Assembly: GCA_030704615.1 (NCBI GenBank)
Contig: CM060732.1
Location: forward strand, 40,858,001-40,922,000
DNA length: 64,000 bases
Reading direction: 5' to 3'
From: Takakia lepidozioides
Taxonomy: Eukaryota > Plantae > Bryophyta
Part shown: positions 51,244 to 62,650 of the stretch, in pieces
Numbering within the stretch: the first letter of the stretch is position 1
Layout of the letters: every line of letters starts with the position of its first letter
The notes under the pieces: model-generated
Told to the model about the DNA's origin: nothing
Seen by the model: only the letters and a program-made list of their open reading frames with translations
Databases searched by the model: none
Made by a program: the position numbers and the translations under genes

Positions 51244-54200
51244 TTAATACAATGATGCAATGCACAAGTCCAACAAAGAGGATGTCTCCCATGTGCACTT
51301 TGCCTCAAGAACAGCGATTCTCGATATTGAAACAACAATGCAAGCATGCAGAGGTTGAACTTGCTCACAGGCAAAGTCGGAGTCCAGCTCCTTGTTAGAA
51401 GTCTCCTCTGTATCAGTATCAGCGGGACGGGGCTTCGGAAGGACTTGAGAAGTGTGTCCACCCAAACCCATCAGGAGGTTCTTGTAAATCTCAGCATCCC
51501 CTTCAATCCCAAAGAGATGTCGCGCACTGGCCTTGCAAGCGTGGTAAGGAGTACCTGCGGTGGAATAGAATGAATGAAGCAGACATTGAAGACACATTCG
51601 GAACGGTGGGAAGTGCTGAAAATGCAAGCTCAATCAAACCTCATGAAATGTGAATGTTGAAGAGACGAACCTGTGCCCATCGACAAATCCAGAACTCTGG
51701 CGTCTGTGTAGGTGCAGCACTCCACAATCGTTTGAATGAAAGCCGGGCTCCTCTCCCTCGCCCCTCTCCAAGGAACCCCATTCCCCCTTCGCAAGCACAC
51801 GTTGCTATCGACGTAGTTGTGATGCATGTCATCCGTGGGAGGATCTGTCATGTCATCTATGAACTTGGCCCCATGAGTGATGGCGAACTCGGTAATGCCG
51901 GCCGGAGTCGTTTGTGGATGCACCCGGACGAGACAAACAGCTTCAAACAGACGAGTCTGCGAACATGACATACACAAGGAACTAAGAAGCAAAAAAAAAT
52001 CGGGCCCCTACATATGAGTTCGAGCGACCTATACAACCCCATCCGAGAACAACCAAGAAGAGGAAGAAGAAGGCAAACTCACCATCTCTCCCGGACGATC
52101 CCCCTTCGTAAGGTACATGCTGTTCACACAATTCCATGTCTTCACAACTCTCATGCCCGAGGCTTTCAAATAGCTGGAAAGTGCACGGCGACACCGAACG
52201 TCGATGGACTGGATGAGCACCAAAACACCTGCATCGGACAGGAAGAAGTTGCAAAAGGAGAAAACCCACCGCCAGTAGCGCTCATCAAAAGCATTCCAAC
52301 CCGGACAAGCACCCGATGGAGGGATATCCGGGACTGCCAACCCATCAGGGATGTCCAAGATGATGAGTTCGGCTGCATATGGCTTCTCCTTCCCGTTCAC
52401 CCAGGATTTGGTCATTTTAGCCTGCAAACAAAAATACAATGGAATTCTCACAAGTTTAGAAACAATCCATGCCCACAGCAGACAAAGACAACAGAAGCCA
52501 CAGAACCCAAAGAGAACACGCACCGTGCTGAGGAACTCCACAATCCTGTCCCACATTGGTGATGGCTCGCCCTTGTAATCAGATTTCTTCGACTCCATCA
52601 TGGCAAGGAACCCGACGTTGGCCATCTCCAACCTGGTTGGGCGAATGACCCTCGTGGGATGTTCCACTGCATGGTACGGGTCCTTGGGATCAACCACCCC
52701 CTTGTTTTTTCTCCCGGATCCCCTACCATGCGGTGGAGTCTGCTGGACATGCTCCACAGGGCCAATATCTGCAACACTTCCCTGCCCTTGTGCCACCTTC
52801 CCTCTACCCCTTCCCTTCCCCACAACACCAGCAGCATCTTTTCCCTTTGCCTTTCTTCCTCTACCTGGGGTATCCTGAGCGGGAGGCTCCTTCTCTGCAA
52901 GAGTCCTCAAATTTCGTTCATGAATGTCGAGGTCGGCTGCTGCGGTAGTGGCTGCAATACGGTCATTCTCTCTCCTCAAAGACACCTCTGGAGCTGGGGT
53001 CTCAGAAGGAGGGCAATCCAGATACCAACCACAAGAAGAAAGATGGTCTGGGCCCCAGTCATGCAAGATCCCAGTAGTAAACATGGTTTGGTTGCCAGCA
53101 GGGACAAGCCACAGGTCCACGAAATCTGGATGTTTGTCCAGGCAATTCTCTTCCAGGAGAACAAACTTTATGTACCTGCAGCAATAGAGACAGCCTCATT
53201 TTACAATGGAAATATTGTGTGGCAACTTTTCCATCACACCAGGAAGACCCCCTTCAACAGTATGCCACACAACACATTGCAACCACAGCACAAATAAGTA
53301 GTGCAAGAGTGTGCACCTGTAAAGGCATCGTTTCCAGGCTTCCTCTCATTTTTCTTGCTGGTCCAGCTCATTTGTTCGACTGATGCCACCCTCCTTGCTG
53401 AACTCTCTAAAGAAACAAGAGTGCCACACTGTGGCTCTCCATTTCCTCATGTATGCTTCGAAGGACACCTTCAGTGCTATCATACTGATGCCATAGTCAG
53501 CCAGCTGAGTATGCAGAACCGATCTGGCCCTTTCTTCCAACTGCAAAACAATACAAATGCAAGAATGAACCCAAAAGCAATCACAGCGAATGTAAGAGGC
53601 AATAGAAAGATAAGGACAGGAAAAGAGAAAAGACAGTAACACAGGGAAGGACATCACACCTGGCTCCAGTAAGTGGCCTTGTGAAGCCAGGTGTCCAGCA
53701 CATTGTCACTGACAGGAATGACACGCTGGGTCTTCTTCTCTTTCTCCGGCCTTGGGAACATGTGGGTATCCCTAACTGTGGGATCGGAGTTCCATATCTG
53801 CAACCACTTCATCTTTTGTTCTGGAGACACAACGGCGGTAGACAACCTGTGCAACTTCTCCTGGGCCATTTATGGCTTGCCTGGCTTGTTATAATGGTTT
53901 TTTATCTCCAGGAGAAACTGCGGTCCGAATGATGGGTCGGCAATTCTCAACTGCTTCACGAAAGCACTCATTATAGTCCTTCTTGTAGCGGTCATCTCTT
54001 TCTGGATGCGACTCTCAACCCCCTTTGCTGTCCTTCTCTCCTCAGGGGTAGAGCTGTAGTATTCCAGTTTGTCACGCTCCCCTGCATCTGCAATGTCTTG
54101 CTGCAAGGGAATGCAAGAGAGTTGCATCAGCACAAGGTCAATGGAAACAAACACAAACAAACATGTGGAATATGGAAGACCAGATGAAGGAAGATGTATC

Positions 54201-57200
54201 TCACCGTGTACATGTACTCCATGAAAGCCTCACGGGTCAACGAGTACCACGTTTCCGATGTCTTGGAGCTTTCGCACTTCTTGTACATCTCCGCTGAAAA
54301 GATGGTCTTGAAGTTGGTCAAGGGCATCTGCCCTATCCTTTGTATCCTATACAGTGTGTGAACCAAACTCGTTTTGACATGCGATGTCTCCGTTCCTCTG
54401 CAGAATGATATCTGTAAGTCAGAATGAAATTCAAGGTCTTCAATCAAAGAAGAACGGAACCACAAGTGGAACATGTAGAATGAGAAACCAACCTGTTCAC
54501 ATCATTCATTGCCGTCAGAAGACCCATCATGTTCCCGTCACAATCCAGCACCATCGATCGAACAGAGTAATGCCACTCTTCCTCCTGTGAGTGCAGCCTC
54601 CCAATGACAGCCATCCATGCAAGCAAGCGGTGGTTCCCATCCCAAACGTGAAACATCTTTCCCGAGAATGCCTGGGTGGAAGGTTTCCTGGAGAGAAGAA
54701 GTTCGAAGGATTCGTTCAGCTGTCTCCAAATGGGGTCCTAGGAGTCCACGATTGACTCATCCACGAGGAGCTCATTACCTTTGGAATCCCTAGTAGAAAC
54801 GTAAAAGACTGCGGATCCATCCAAATACCCATGCACAAACTCGGCCTCCAGCTTGAGAATGTCCTTGACGAGGGGTGTACGAACGACGGGCATGGAAACC
54901 AACCTACACAGGGGAATCTTCAACCTCCCACCCGGGGCAAGCATACTTTGCACCACAAGCTGAGAGTTTACCTTCTGACCCCCCAGCATCTCAGCGGCTT
55001 TGCTTTCATAGAACTCATCGTCCACATCAACAATTATCTCCTTCTCCTGACCCGAAGGGACCTCATTTGCCACACTTTGCATCTTCTCCTGCAAGGTTGT
55101 TCATTCAACTTGATATTAGAGAGGCATGAAACGTCGGCTGAGGCATGAAAAAGTGGACTCAAAGAGTGTGCGTTGACGCACACTATTTTAAGCTGCCAGG
55201 TAAGTGTACATTGACCCTCACAGACATGTCCTATATTGCCGAATTCCACAGAAAAAGACAATGTAAAAGTGGGCTCAAACAGTGTGCGTTGACGCACACT
55301 GTTTCACTTGCCAGGTAAATGATCATTGAACATCTACTTGTGCCAGGTAAGGGTTCATTGTAAACTCCAAGATATGCGGCCGATTTCGGATGAAAAAAGT
55401 GAAAAGGTGAGTTCGAACAGTGTGACATGTACAGCTCAAACAGTGTGCGTTGACGCACACTGTTTGCCAGTGAGGGATTCTTTCATCCTCAGAAACGTGC
55501 CCTAAATGCCGAATTTCAATAGGAAAAAACACTTACATGTTCAGCTCAAACAGTGTGCGCCAACGCACACTGTTTGAGCTGCCACTGAATGGTTATTTCA
55601 TCATCATAAACCTGCCCTAGAAGTTCGAATTTCAATCGGAAAAAACACTTACATGTTCAGCTCAAAACAGTGTGCGCCAACGCACACTGTTTGAGCTGCC
55701 ACTGAATGCTTATTTCATCATCATAAACCTGCCCTGGAAGTCCGAATTTAACTCGGAAAAAACACTTACATGTTCAGCTCAAACAGTGTGCGCCAACGCA
55801 CACTATTTGAGCTGCCACTGAATGGTTATTTCATCATCATAAACCTGCCCTGGAAGTCCGAATTTAACTCAGAGAAAACCGTGACATGTAGAGCTCAAAC
55901 AGTGTGCGCCAATGCACACTATTTGAGCTGCCACTGAATGGTTATTTCATCATCAAAAACCTGCCCTGGAAGTCCGAATTTAACACCAAAAAAATAGTGA
56001 CATGTACAGCTCAAACAGTGTGCGCCAACGCACACTGTTTGAGCTGCCACTGAATGGTTATTTCATCATCATAAACCTGCCCTGGAAGTCCGAATTTCAA
56101 TCGGAAAAAACACTTACATGTTCAGCTCAAACAGTGTGCGCCAACGCACACTGTTTGAGCTGCCAATGAATGGTTATTTCATCATCATAAACCTGCCCTG
56201 GAAGTCCGAATTTAACTCGGAAAAAACACTTACATGTTCAGCTCAAACAGTGTGCGCCAACGCACACTGTTTGAGCTGCCACTGAATGCTTATTTCATCA
56301 TCATAAACCTGCCCTGGAAGTCCGAATTTAACTCGGAAAAAACACTTACATGTTCAGCTCAAACAGTGTGCGCCAACGCACACTGTTTGAGCTGCCACTG
56401 AATGGTTATTTCATCATCAGAAACGTGCCCTAAAGGGCGAATTCAACACGGAGAAAACCGTGACATGTAGAGCTCAAACAGTGTGCGCCAACGCACACTG
56501 TTTGAGCTGCCACTGAAGGGTTCTCTCGTCCTGACATACATATCCTGGAAAACCGATATCCAGACGGAAACAGTAGTGAAATGTTCAGCTCAACTCACAC
56601 TGATTGAGCTTGCAATTTGGGTTGTATTGAACCTGCTGTAGTGCCCAAGTTTGGGCGTTTCGCACCTGAACAATCAAGCAAATTGGTAGGCCCAAACAGT
56701 GTGCGTTGCCGCACACTGTTTGGGCTTCCAGTTTGCGGTGCTTTCAGCCTGGTGCAGATGTCCTGTGTGGGCTATATTCATATCAGCAACGAAACACAAA
56801 TGTGGGTCTTAAAGATTTCACCTTTTTCTTGGCTGCTCCAGAAGACTCCCCAATTGCCGGGGACCCTTTGCGCTTCGGGCTGCTCTCTGCGCCGAGCGTG
56901 TACGTGAGCCTCTCCCTCTCCCTCTTTCCCGCAGGCAGACTCCTCGTGAGGCCACCTTCAACATCCTCTTCCATCTCGTCTGTCTCTCCCTCAGATGCGG
57001 TGTCCTCTTCATCTGTTCTTGGAACTATGGCGGGCTGCTGTTCTTCTGCTGATTCCTGCTCCTCCATCGCCACACTTTCCTCTACTCCCTCTTCTACCTC
57101 CTTTTCCTCTTCGTCCACTTTTCCATCCTCATTCTATCTCTGGCTCTATTCCTGTTTCTAGAGCTCGTGAAGTATAGTGACTTCCTTCTCTTCCTCCTCC

Positions 57201-57270
57201 GCTGGAAACAAGGGCTCACCACGATGCCTCTAGAGCTCTCCAGTTTGACGTTTGTAACAAGTGCTGCTAT
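51244..57270 (-). pseudogene. Spliced ParB/Srx-like + beta-class N6A/N4C DNA methyltransferase-like fusion gene (>1000 aa) with premature stops
   Basis: Inferred GT-AG exons 55088-54493, 54397-54205, 54100-53660, 53540-53317, 53175-52524, 52421-52083, 51956-51671 and 51554-51244 keep one frame. An acidic upstream exon probably ends at 56822. ParB: IPLCRL...R, HG....F.V, WDGNHRLLA, AMNDVNR. MTase: ELIILDIPDG, L...GVLVL, RERSPAF...VLDLSMGTG...AC....RHLFGIE. Stops at 54738, 53870 and 53346. Confidence 0.82.
55161..56725. repeat. Tandem array of ~116-bp units, each with the 40-bp palindrome CAGCTCAAACAGTGTGCG-CCAA-CGCACACTGTTTGAGCTG
   Basis: Nine near-identical palindromes at 55542, 55658, 55775, 55891, 56007, 56123, 56239, 56355 and 56470. 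Four diverged copies near 55165, 55275, 55433 and 56693. Confidence 0.97.
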
Positions 57271-58079
57271 GGCATGTAACCAAAATTAAAATTGGACGTT
57301 GTCAACCATATTTGGATGCGGGTGTTGTTATTGTGTGCGAACGGAATTCATCCATTCCGTTGTCTCCGTATTATCCAAGCAATAAAGCGCTAGAAAAAAA
57401 GTACATCCGTTGCATGCACTAGCGATATATGTCAGATGTATTGCGCCGCCTGCCAATACACCGCGGCCTTCTTGCTTTCTTTCAAATTCGGATGTGCCGT
57501 AGAAATCTAATGCTAGTTCATTTTCGAGCAGTTCTTGCAGATCCGCAATAATTGTTATGTTTCACATATGCATCCACGTGTGTTGTACTGCCTACCCTGT
57601 GGTTTGCATTTTACCGTAACCGTCGCCATGGGGTCATTCGGCATAAAGGGTTCTGTCGGATACGACCATGTCTGGCACGCATTCGTGCGAGGTATCTTCT
57701 GCAGTGTCAATGTTTGTGTTGTGCTCTTCTGGCACAGCACAACCTCATGACATTTGTGGTCTTCCTGTTTACTGCTCTCCAGGGTTGTTGCCGTCTTTTC
57801 ATAATGGATGGTTTCATGTCGTTTTCAGTGTTTGTTTTCATCCATAAACAGCACGGCTTCTTGTAGTATTTGAAAATAGTTTTTCTGGTTAGTGCCTCTT
57901 GGCGTTGCTGTTTCCGAAGTGAAGGTGCATCTCATCCCTACATCCTTTGCATGCATCACCTGCAACCTTTGGGTTGGAGCTACCCTTGTTGACCTCGGTT
58001 TGCTTGTCTTAATTCCCCTTTCGGTAATTACGGGCTATCAGTTCGAGGATTCCGCAACTTTCGTTCAGTGAGGAAAAAC

Positions 58080-61000
58080 ATGTCGAGGGAGCGAGATATA
58101 CTTGCTCGATTCCATTCCAATGCAGGTACTCTTCCACTGCAGACGACGATGGGTTTGCAGTTGTTCATGAGGATGAGCTGGTTACAGTGTTCCCGCTGGA
58201 GTTGGGTTCTCTCCTTGTTCAAAAAGAGGTGTATGACGAGGATGGGAATTTGGATTCTGGGCACTTGGAGAAACCATTGGTTGGCAAGTGTGGAAGGAAG
58301 TGGAGAGTCCTTCCAGGCACATACCGTGTCCTTGGAAAAGAGAGAAGACAATCAGCAGGATCGGTCGTTACCCCTGGCACTGCAGCATCGGTCGTGCAAC
58401 AGAAGAGCACAGTTCCTGTGAAACAAGAGGTGAGCACATCCACTACCTTCGTGACTCTTTCAGACTCGTCCTCGGAGGATGTTTCTGAGATTCCTCCGCC
58501 AGTGCAGACTCCGTCATTGGATGATGACAAATTGCAAGAGATAACGAGTGTCATTCCAAAAATGAAAGCCCTCGCAGGTGTGCCTGGGTGCAAGAGCGAG
58601 CTGCGTTTTGTTGATTGGGAGTCCCTTCCTGTGCAACGGGTTCAATACGTGCCAGCACAGTTTGATGGGGACATCCTGTTTGAGCTCAACCCTCCCACCT
58701 CTTCCACTGGACTGGCTGGGCTTTTACAGGGCATGGACAAGAAACATGATGGACATCCTTGGTGCAGGACAAAAACGTCGAACATCCATAACGACATTGG
58801 CTTGAAATTTCGGAGGTCGGTCTACGTTGGGCATTGTAAGTGCCAGAATATTTCTTGCCCTCGCCTGAGAAACAGCGCTCAACCAAACAAAAGTGAGTGG
58901 GAAGGTGTGCCCCTGAATCCTTTCACCCCAGGGCTTGCCCCTCCCAGGACCAATACTTTCGTGTGCAGGTTCTGCAAACTTTCCCCGTCCTGTGTTTCTG
59001 TGTGCCACGCTCGTATGTATCAGGTGGCACACCGATGCAAGACAATGACTCGTGCCTGCATTCATATGGGTGCACACGAGCATCCTGTGTCCAAAGGAAG
59101 TTGCAGGGATAGCGTGGACATCGCTAGAAATTTGCTGAAGCAGGAGTTCCACAATGCCCCTTGTGCAACACCTTCTGCTATAGCGCTTGCAGCTAGCAAG
59201 GCATTCCTGGAGAAACACATACTGGGTGAAGGGGATGCGACACAACTTATGCTGGATGCAGATTCGCTTAATGCAGTCATGGACCATTTTTCCGTGTTGA
59301 GTTCTCCCAATATTCGAAACCAGGTGAATGCACTCAGAATGGGCACAGGCACTGCTGGATTCATGGACAACATTATGGACCTGAAACGGAGGAGTCGCTA
59401 TGAATTCATTCAAAACAGTATCTTCCCTGGCCAGGGCTCGTCCAAGGTGTATTTGTTCAAGATGTCCGCTGTGGGCGAAGGCAGTGGTGTGAGCATTGTC
59501 CGCCGTATGCAACCAGGAGGAGATTTGGCTAAATGTTGGTTAATGTTTGATCACTGCAAACGGGTGAAGGGTTGGACAACCATGGCGTGCCATGTGTATG
59601 ATCCGGCGTACCAGCGTGTGCTCTCCATAGCAATTTGTGATATGCAGTCGGAGGACACTGAATCCCAGATGCTCATGTGGAATTCGCTCTTGGCCATCAT
59701 GCAGCGCAATGGAATACAAAACACAAATTTTGCGGGCTTCATGGCTGATAGTGCACAGGCAAATTTCAATGCAGTGCGACGCGTGTTTGGTTCGGGGATC
59801 CTAAGGTCCCAATGGAAAATAGGGAGCGCACATGCCTCTTCCATTGGACTCAATCTCTGGCACGTCATACAAAGCGCTGCATTCGCCCTGACCTGCAGTT
59901 GGAGCACAGAAGGCTCTGTCTCAAGTACAAGAATGCCACCTCAATGGGAGAAGCTGAGAGCACTTACCAGGCAATCCGGGCTTGGTGGTTCTCCTCTGGT
60001 GCTGCAACAGGTACGAGGAGTTGGAGGACTGGTTGGTTTTCTGGCACTTCAGGTACAGACAGTGGGGAGCTTTCATGACGACGGTAAGCCTCTTCAATCC
60101 CAAAAACAGAAATTTTGCATCGTGCCTGTTCATTTGGGGTTCTTCGATTGTCACTTGAAGAACCTCTACCATTTGTTTTCGTTCCTCACATATCCATGCA
60201 ATGCCTCCTGCAGGACATGTCCTTGGAGGACTTGGCCGACATGCCATCTTGTAATTTGGCGGAGACTGTTCACAACGCCTAGATGCAGCAGTCTACCAAA
60301 GCAGGTCGTGACTTGTATGTGGCCACTGCTGATGACATGGTGCGTGCACTTACACAACAAACGTACCGCAATTTTCTGATGGGACGGGGTGGAGGCAAGG
60401 GCCCTGATACAACTTTGTTGATGCTAAGGGCTGCGAGTAGGTCTGGAGTCCCGTCAAAGATGGCCAGAGCTCTAAACAGATGCACTGAAGGGTCCCCTCT
60501 ACAATCCAGGATCCCCCATTTGGAAGGCGAGGAAAGATTTGGATCATGCAAAAGGAAATTGAACACTCTTCCAGGGTCAGATGGAGATTCCCATCGGCCA
60601 GACAGGGTCAATTTCTCTGTGCCAAAGGTGTCTCCACTGCAGACTGAGTCGTGTGCCCGCCCCTTCCCAGGTGGGTCCTCCTCCAGTGGAGCAGGAGCAG
60701 AACATACAAGCATATTAGCGGGAATCCCATTGGAGGAGGCGGTGGCCATGGTGCAGGAATCCGATTGCATTGATAGTGAGTGGCATATAGAACGCACCCC
60801 ACCAGGATCTAGAGTGGCTTGCATGGCAATTCGGACCCCCTCATTCAAGAAATGCAAATCAAAGATATGCAAAGGCTCCAGGGGGACTCCAGCTCCAACA
60901 TTCACAGGGTTGTTCCGACCTTATCATAGTGGGGAGTCAAAGGACCACAAATTTTGGTTCTGCCCAGACGATATGGCACGATGCGTGAAGGGAATAGTTC

Positions 61001-61615
61001 ATCCTTCGGTGATAATGAAACCCCCTCCCCCCGCAATTTGGCCTGTGCAAATTGGGACGTCGCTATCATCAACCGAGATAAGCATGCTGGAGGAGGGAGG
61101 GATATGTCTTGCACGGTCCCGGGTGGTGCCCTCATGCACTGTCGGCACAGATGTGCCACATGCTCCGGCAATGCCACCACCCGGTGCCGACTCCCACCCA
61201 ACAAAAAGAGATGGAAAAACAGTGCGCTGTTTCGCTTCGGGTGCAGATCACGAATGCAAGATGGAATCTGCTAGAATTTTGCAGGCTCGGGTGTCTCGTA
61301 TCACCGAAGTCCCTTCTCCGGGGTATGGACGGATTTATACAGTGCTGTCAATTGGGTCAGTTCTTCATGGCAAAGAATATCAGGTTACCGTCGGGAATTT
61401 CCCTTCGTGCACTTGTCCGGACTTTGTAACGATGCGTGAGGGCGCTCTCGGCATGAGAGGGAAGTGGGTCCCCTGCAAGCATCAATATTACATATACCTT
61501 GTGTTGCGACGGTAAGAGAGACCAATTCATCCACCAAGCCACACTAGGCTATGGAGAAGTGAACACCCTTCTACAGCGGGACACCTCGCGTGGAGCTCCG
61601 CCAACTTCTCTTTGA
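58080..61615 (+). pseudogene. MULE-type GCM-like/DDE/SWIM transposase of element B
   Basis: MDKKHDGHPWCRTKTSN..C.N..CP..C..C..C.ARMY..H.G.HEHP; MFDHCKR, FMADSAQAN, CLFH, CNLAETVH; CTCPDF..CKH. Frameshifts near 59800, 60010 and 61510, a TAG at 60280 and an intron at 60084-60213. Start approximate. Confidence 0.88.
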
Positions 61616-62650
61616 ACACATACGAGCCATGCCCGCTTCCCATGCTGGTTTGTAGGTTGCCGTGTGAAGACTTTGCATTTCTGACAAACATATGGATTTC
61701 GTTTACGGAACCAGGGCAAAAGCACATGCAATTCATTGTAAGCGTCTATCTGTGAATTGAAATAAACTGTGAGAATCATTCTGAGCTCAAATCTGCCATG
61801 TATTCATATTTCTGTTTTTGAGCGGGCATTGCAGACATGGTGTGTGTTGGCCCCCTTTGTTTTGTCCACGGTAATAGGCCCTCTTCCTGCAATCCTCGCC
61901 TATAGGACCTTCTTCTCCAGCAGATTCGTGCCGCTCACGCTTCCCTGAAGCGTGAGCTTAACTCACGCTTTGTAGCTTGAACGTGAGCTCAGCTCCCAGG
62001 CTCACGGGGCTGGGCTCACGCCGTAGCTACGCTCCTTTTAGTCGATCTATCATGACGTAGCGAGCACAACATCATAGCTGGTTTCTACTTTACAGAAGAG
62101 CTCATAATGATAATATCACCAAGCTCATTTATCCATTGCACTATACTTGTCATCACAAGTTTACTAGACAACATATTGACATTGGTGCAGATCAAGATTC
62201 AGATGCTTCTGGAGGTGATTTAAATGCCTCCAAACTGATGGATGTGCTCGGGATGTGGAGATTCCTAGCTTGGTACCTCACTTGGCACCAAGAAATTACC
62301 ATTCACTTGCTCCCCATATATCCAAGGTTGGGATCTAGGCATAGGTCACCAGAGAATATGCCTCTTCGTTGCAACTTGATTTTATGCATAGTATGCCTTT
62401 AGATATATCTGACTTTGGGTAATGTTTAAATTCATCTGACAGGTCTTTACTTGCCCAACAGATGACATGATGACAATTTTTATGGCATTCCAATCACCCG
62501 AAATTGAAGTGCTACGGATCACCACCATCTTTGGGAATGTGGAAACTTCACTTGCAGCCACCATTGCACTCTACTTGGTTCATCTCTCCCCATTGAGAAT
62601 TACAAACTTGTCTCCATTCTGTAGCCTGGTTTTAATGCACTAAGTGTGAG

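Larger units (their letters stand above)
50467..62035 (+). mobile_element. Complete 11.6-kb Mutator-like element B carrying a ParB-methyltransferase gene
   Basis: 9-bp TSD TTCTAGTCG (50458-66) / TTTTAGTCG (62036-44). Imperfect TIR GGGGGTGCTATTCCGTGAGCCCGGAGGCGTGAGCCTG versus reverse complement GGAGCGTAGCTACGGCGTGAGCCCAGCCCCGTGAGCCTG. Multiple CGTGAGC motifs at both ends. Confidence 0.9.

Noticed and set aside
51244-55088. Bacterial or phage contamination explaining the ParB-MTase gene
   Set aside because: The gene has multiple frame-consistent GT-AG introns, sits inside a TSD-bounded MULE, and has a homologous exon at 19878.
55542-55581. Canonical bacterial parS site
   Set aside because: It does not match TGTTTCACGTGAAACA; only the palindromic array arrangement is analogous.
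55500-56520. CRISPR-like array (palindromic repeats at regular spacing)
   Set aside because: The intervening ~76-bp segments are near-identical to each other rather than unique spacers, there are no cas genes, and the context is eukaryotic.
59800-60379. C-terminal part of the 730-aa ORF as real protein
   Set aside because: It is out-of-frame read-through after a frameshift and across an intron; homology to transposase A continues in other frames.
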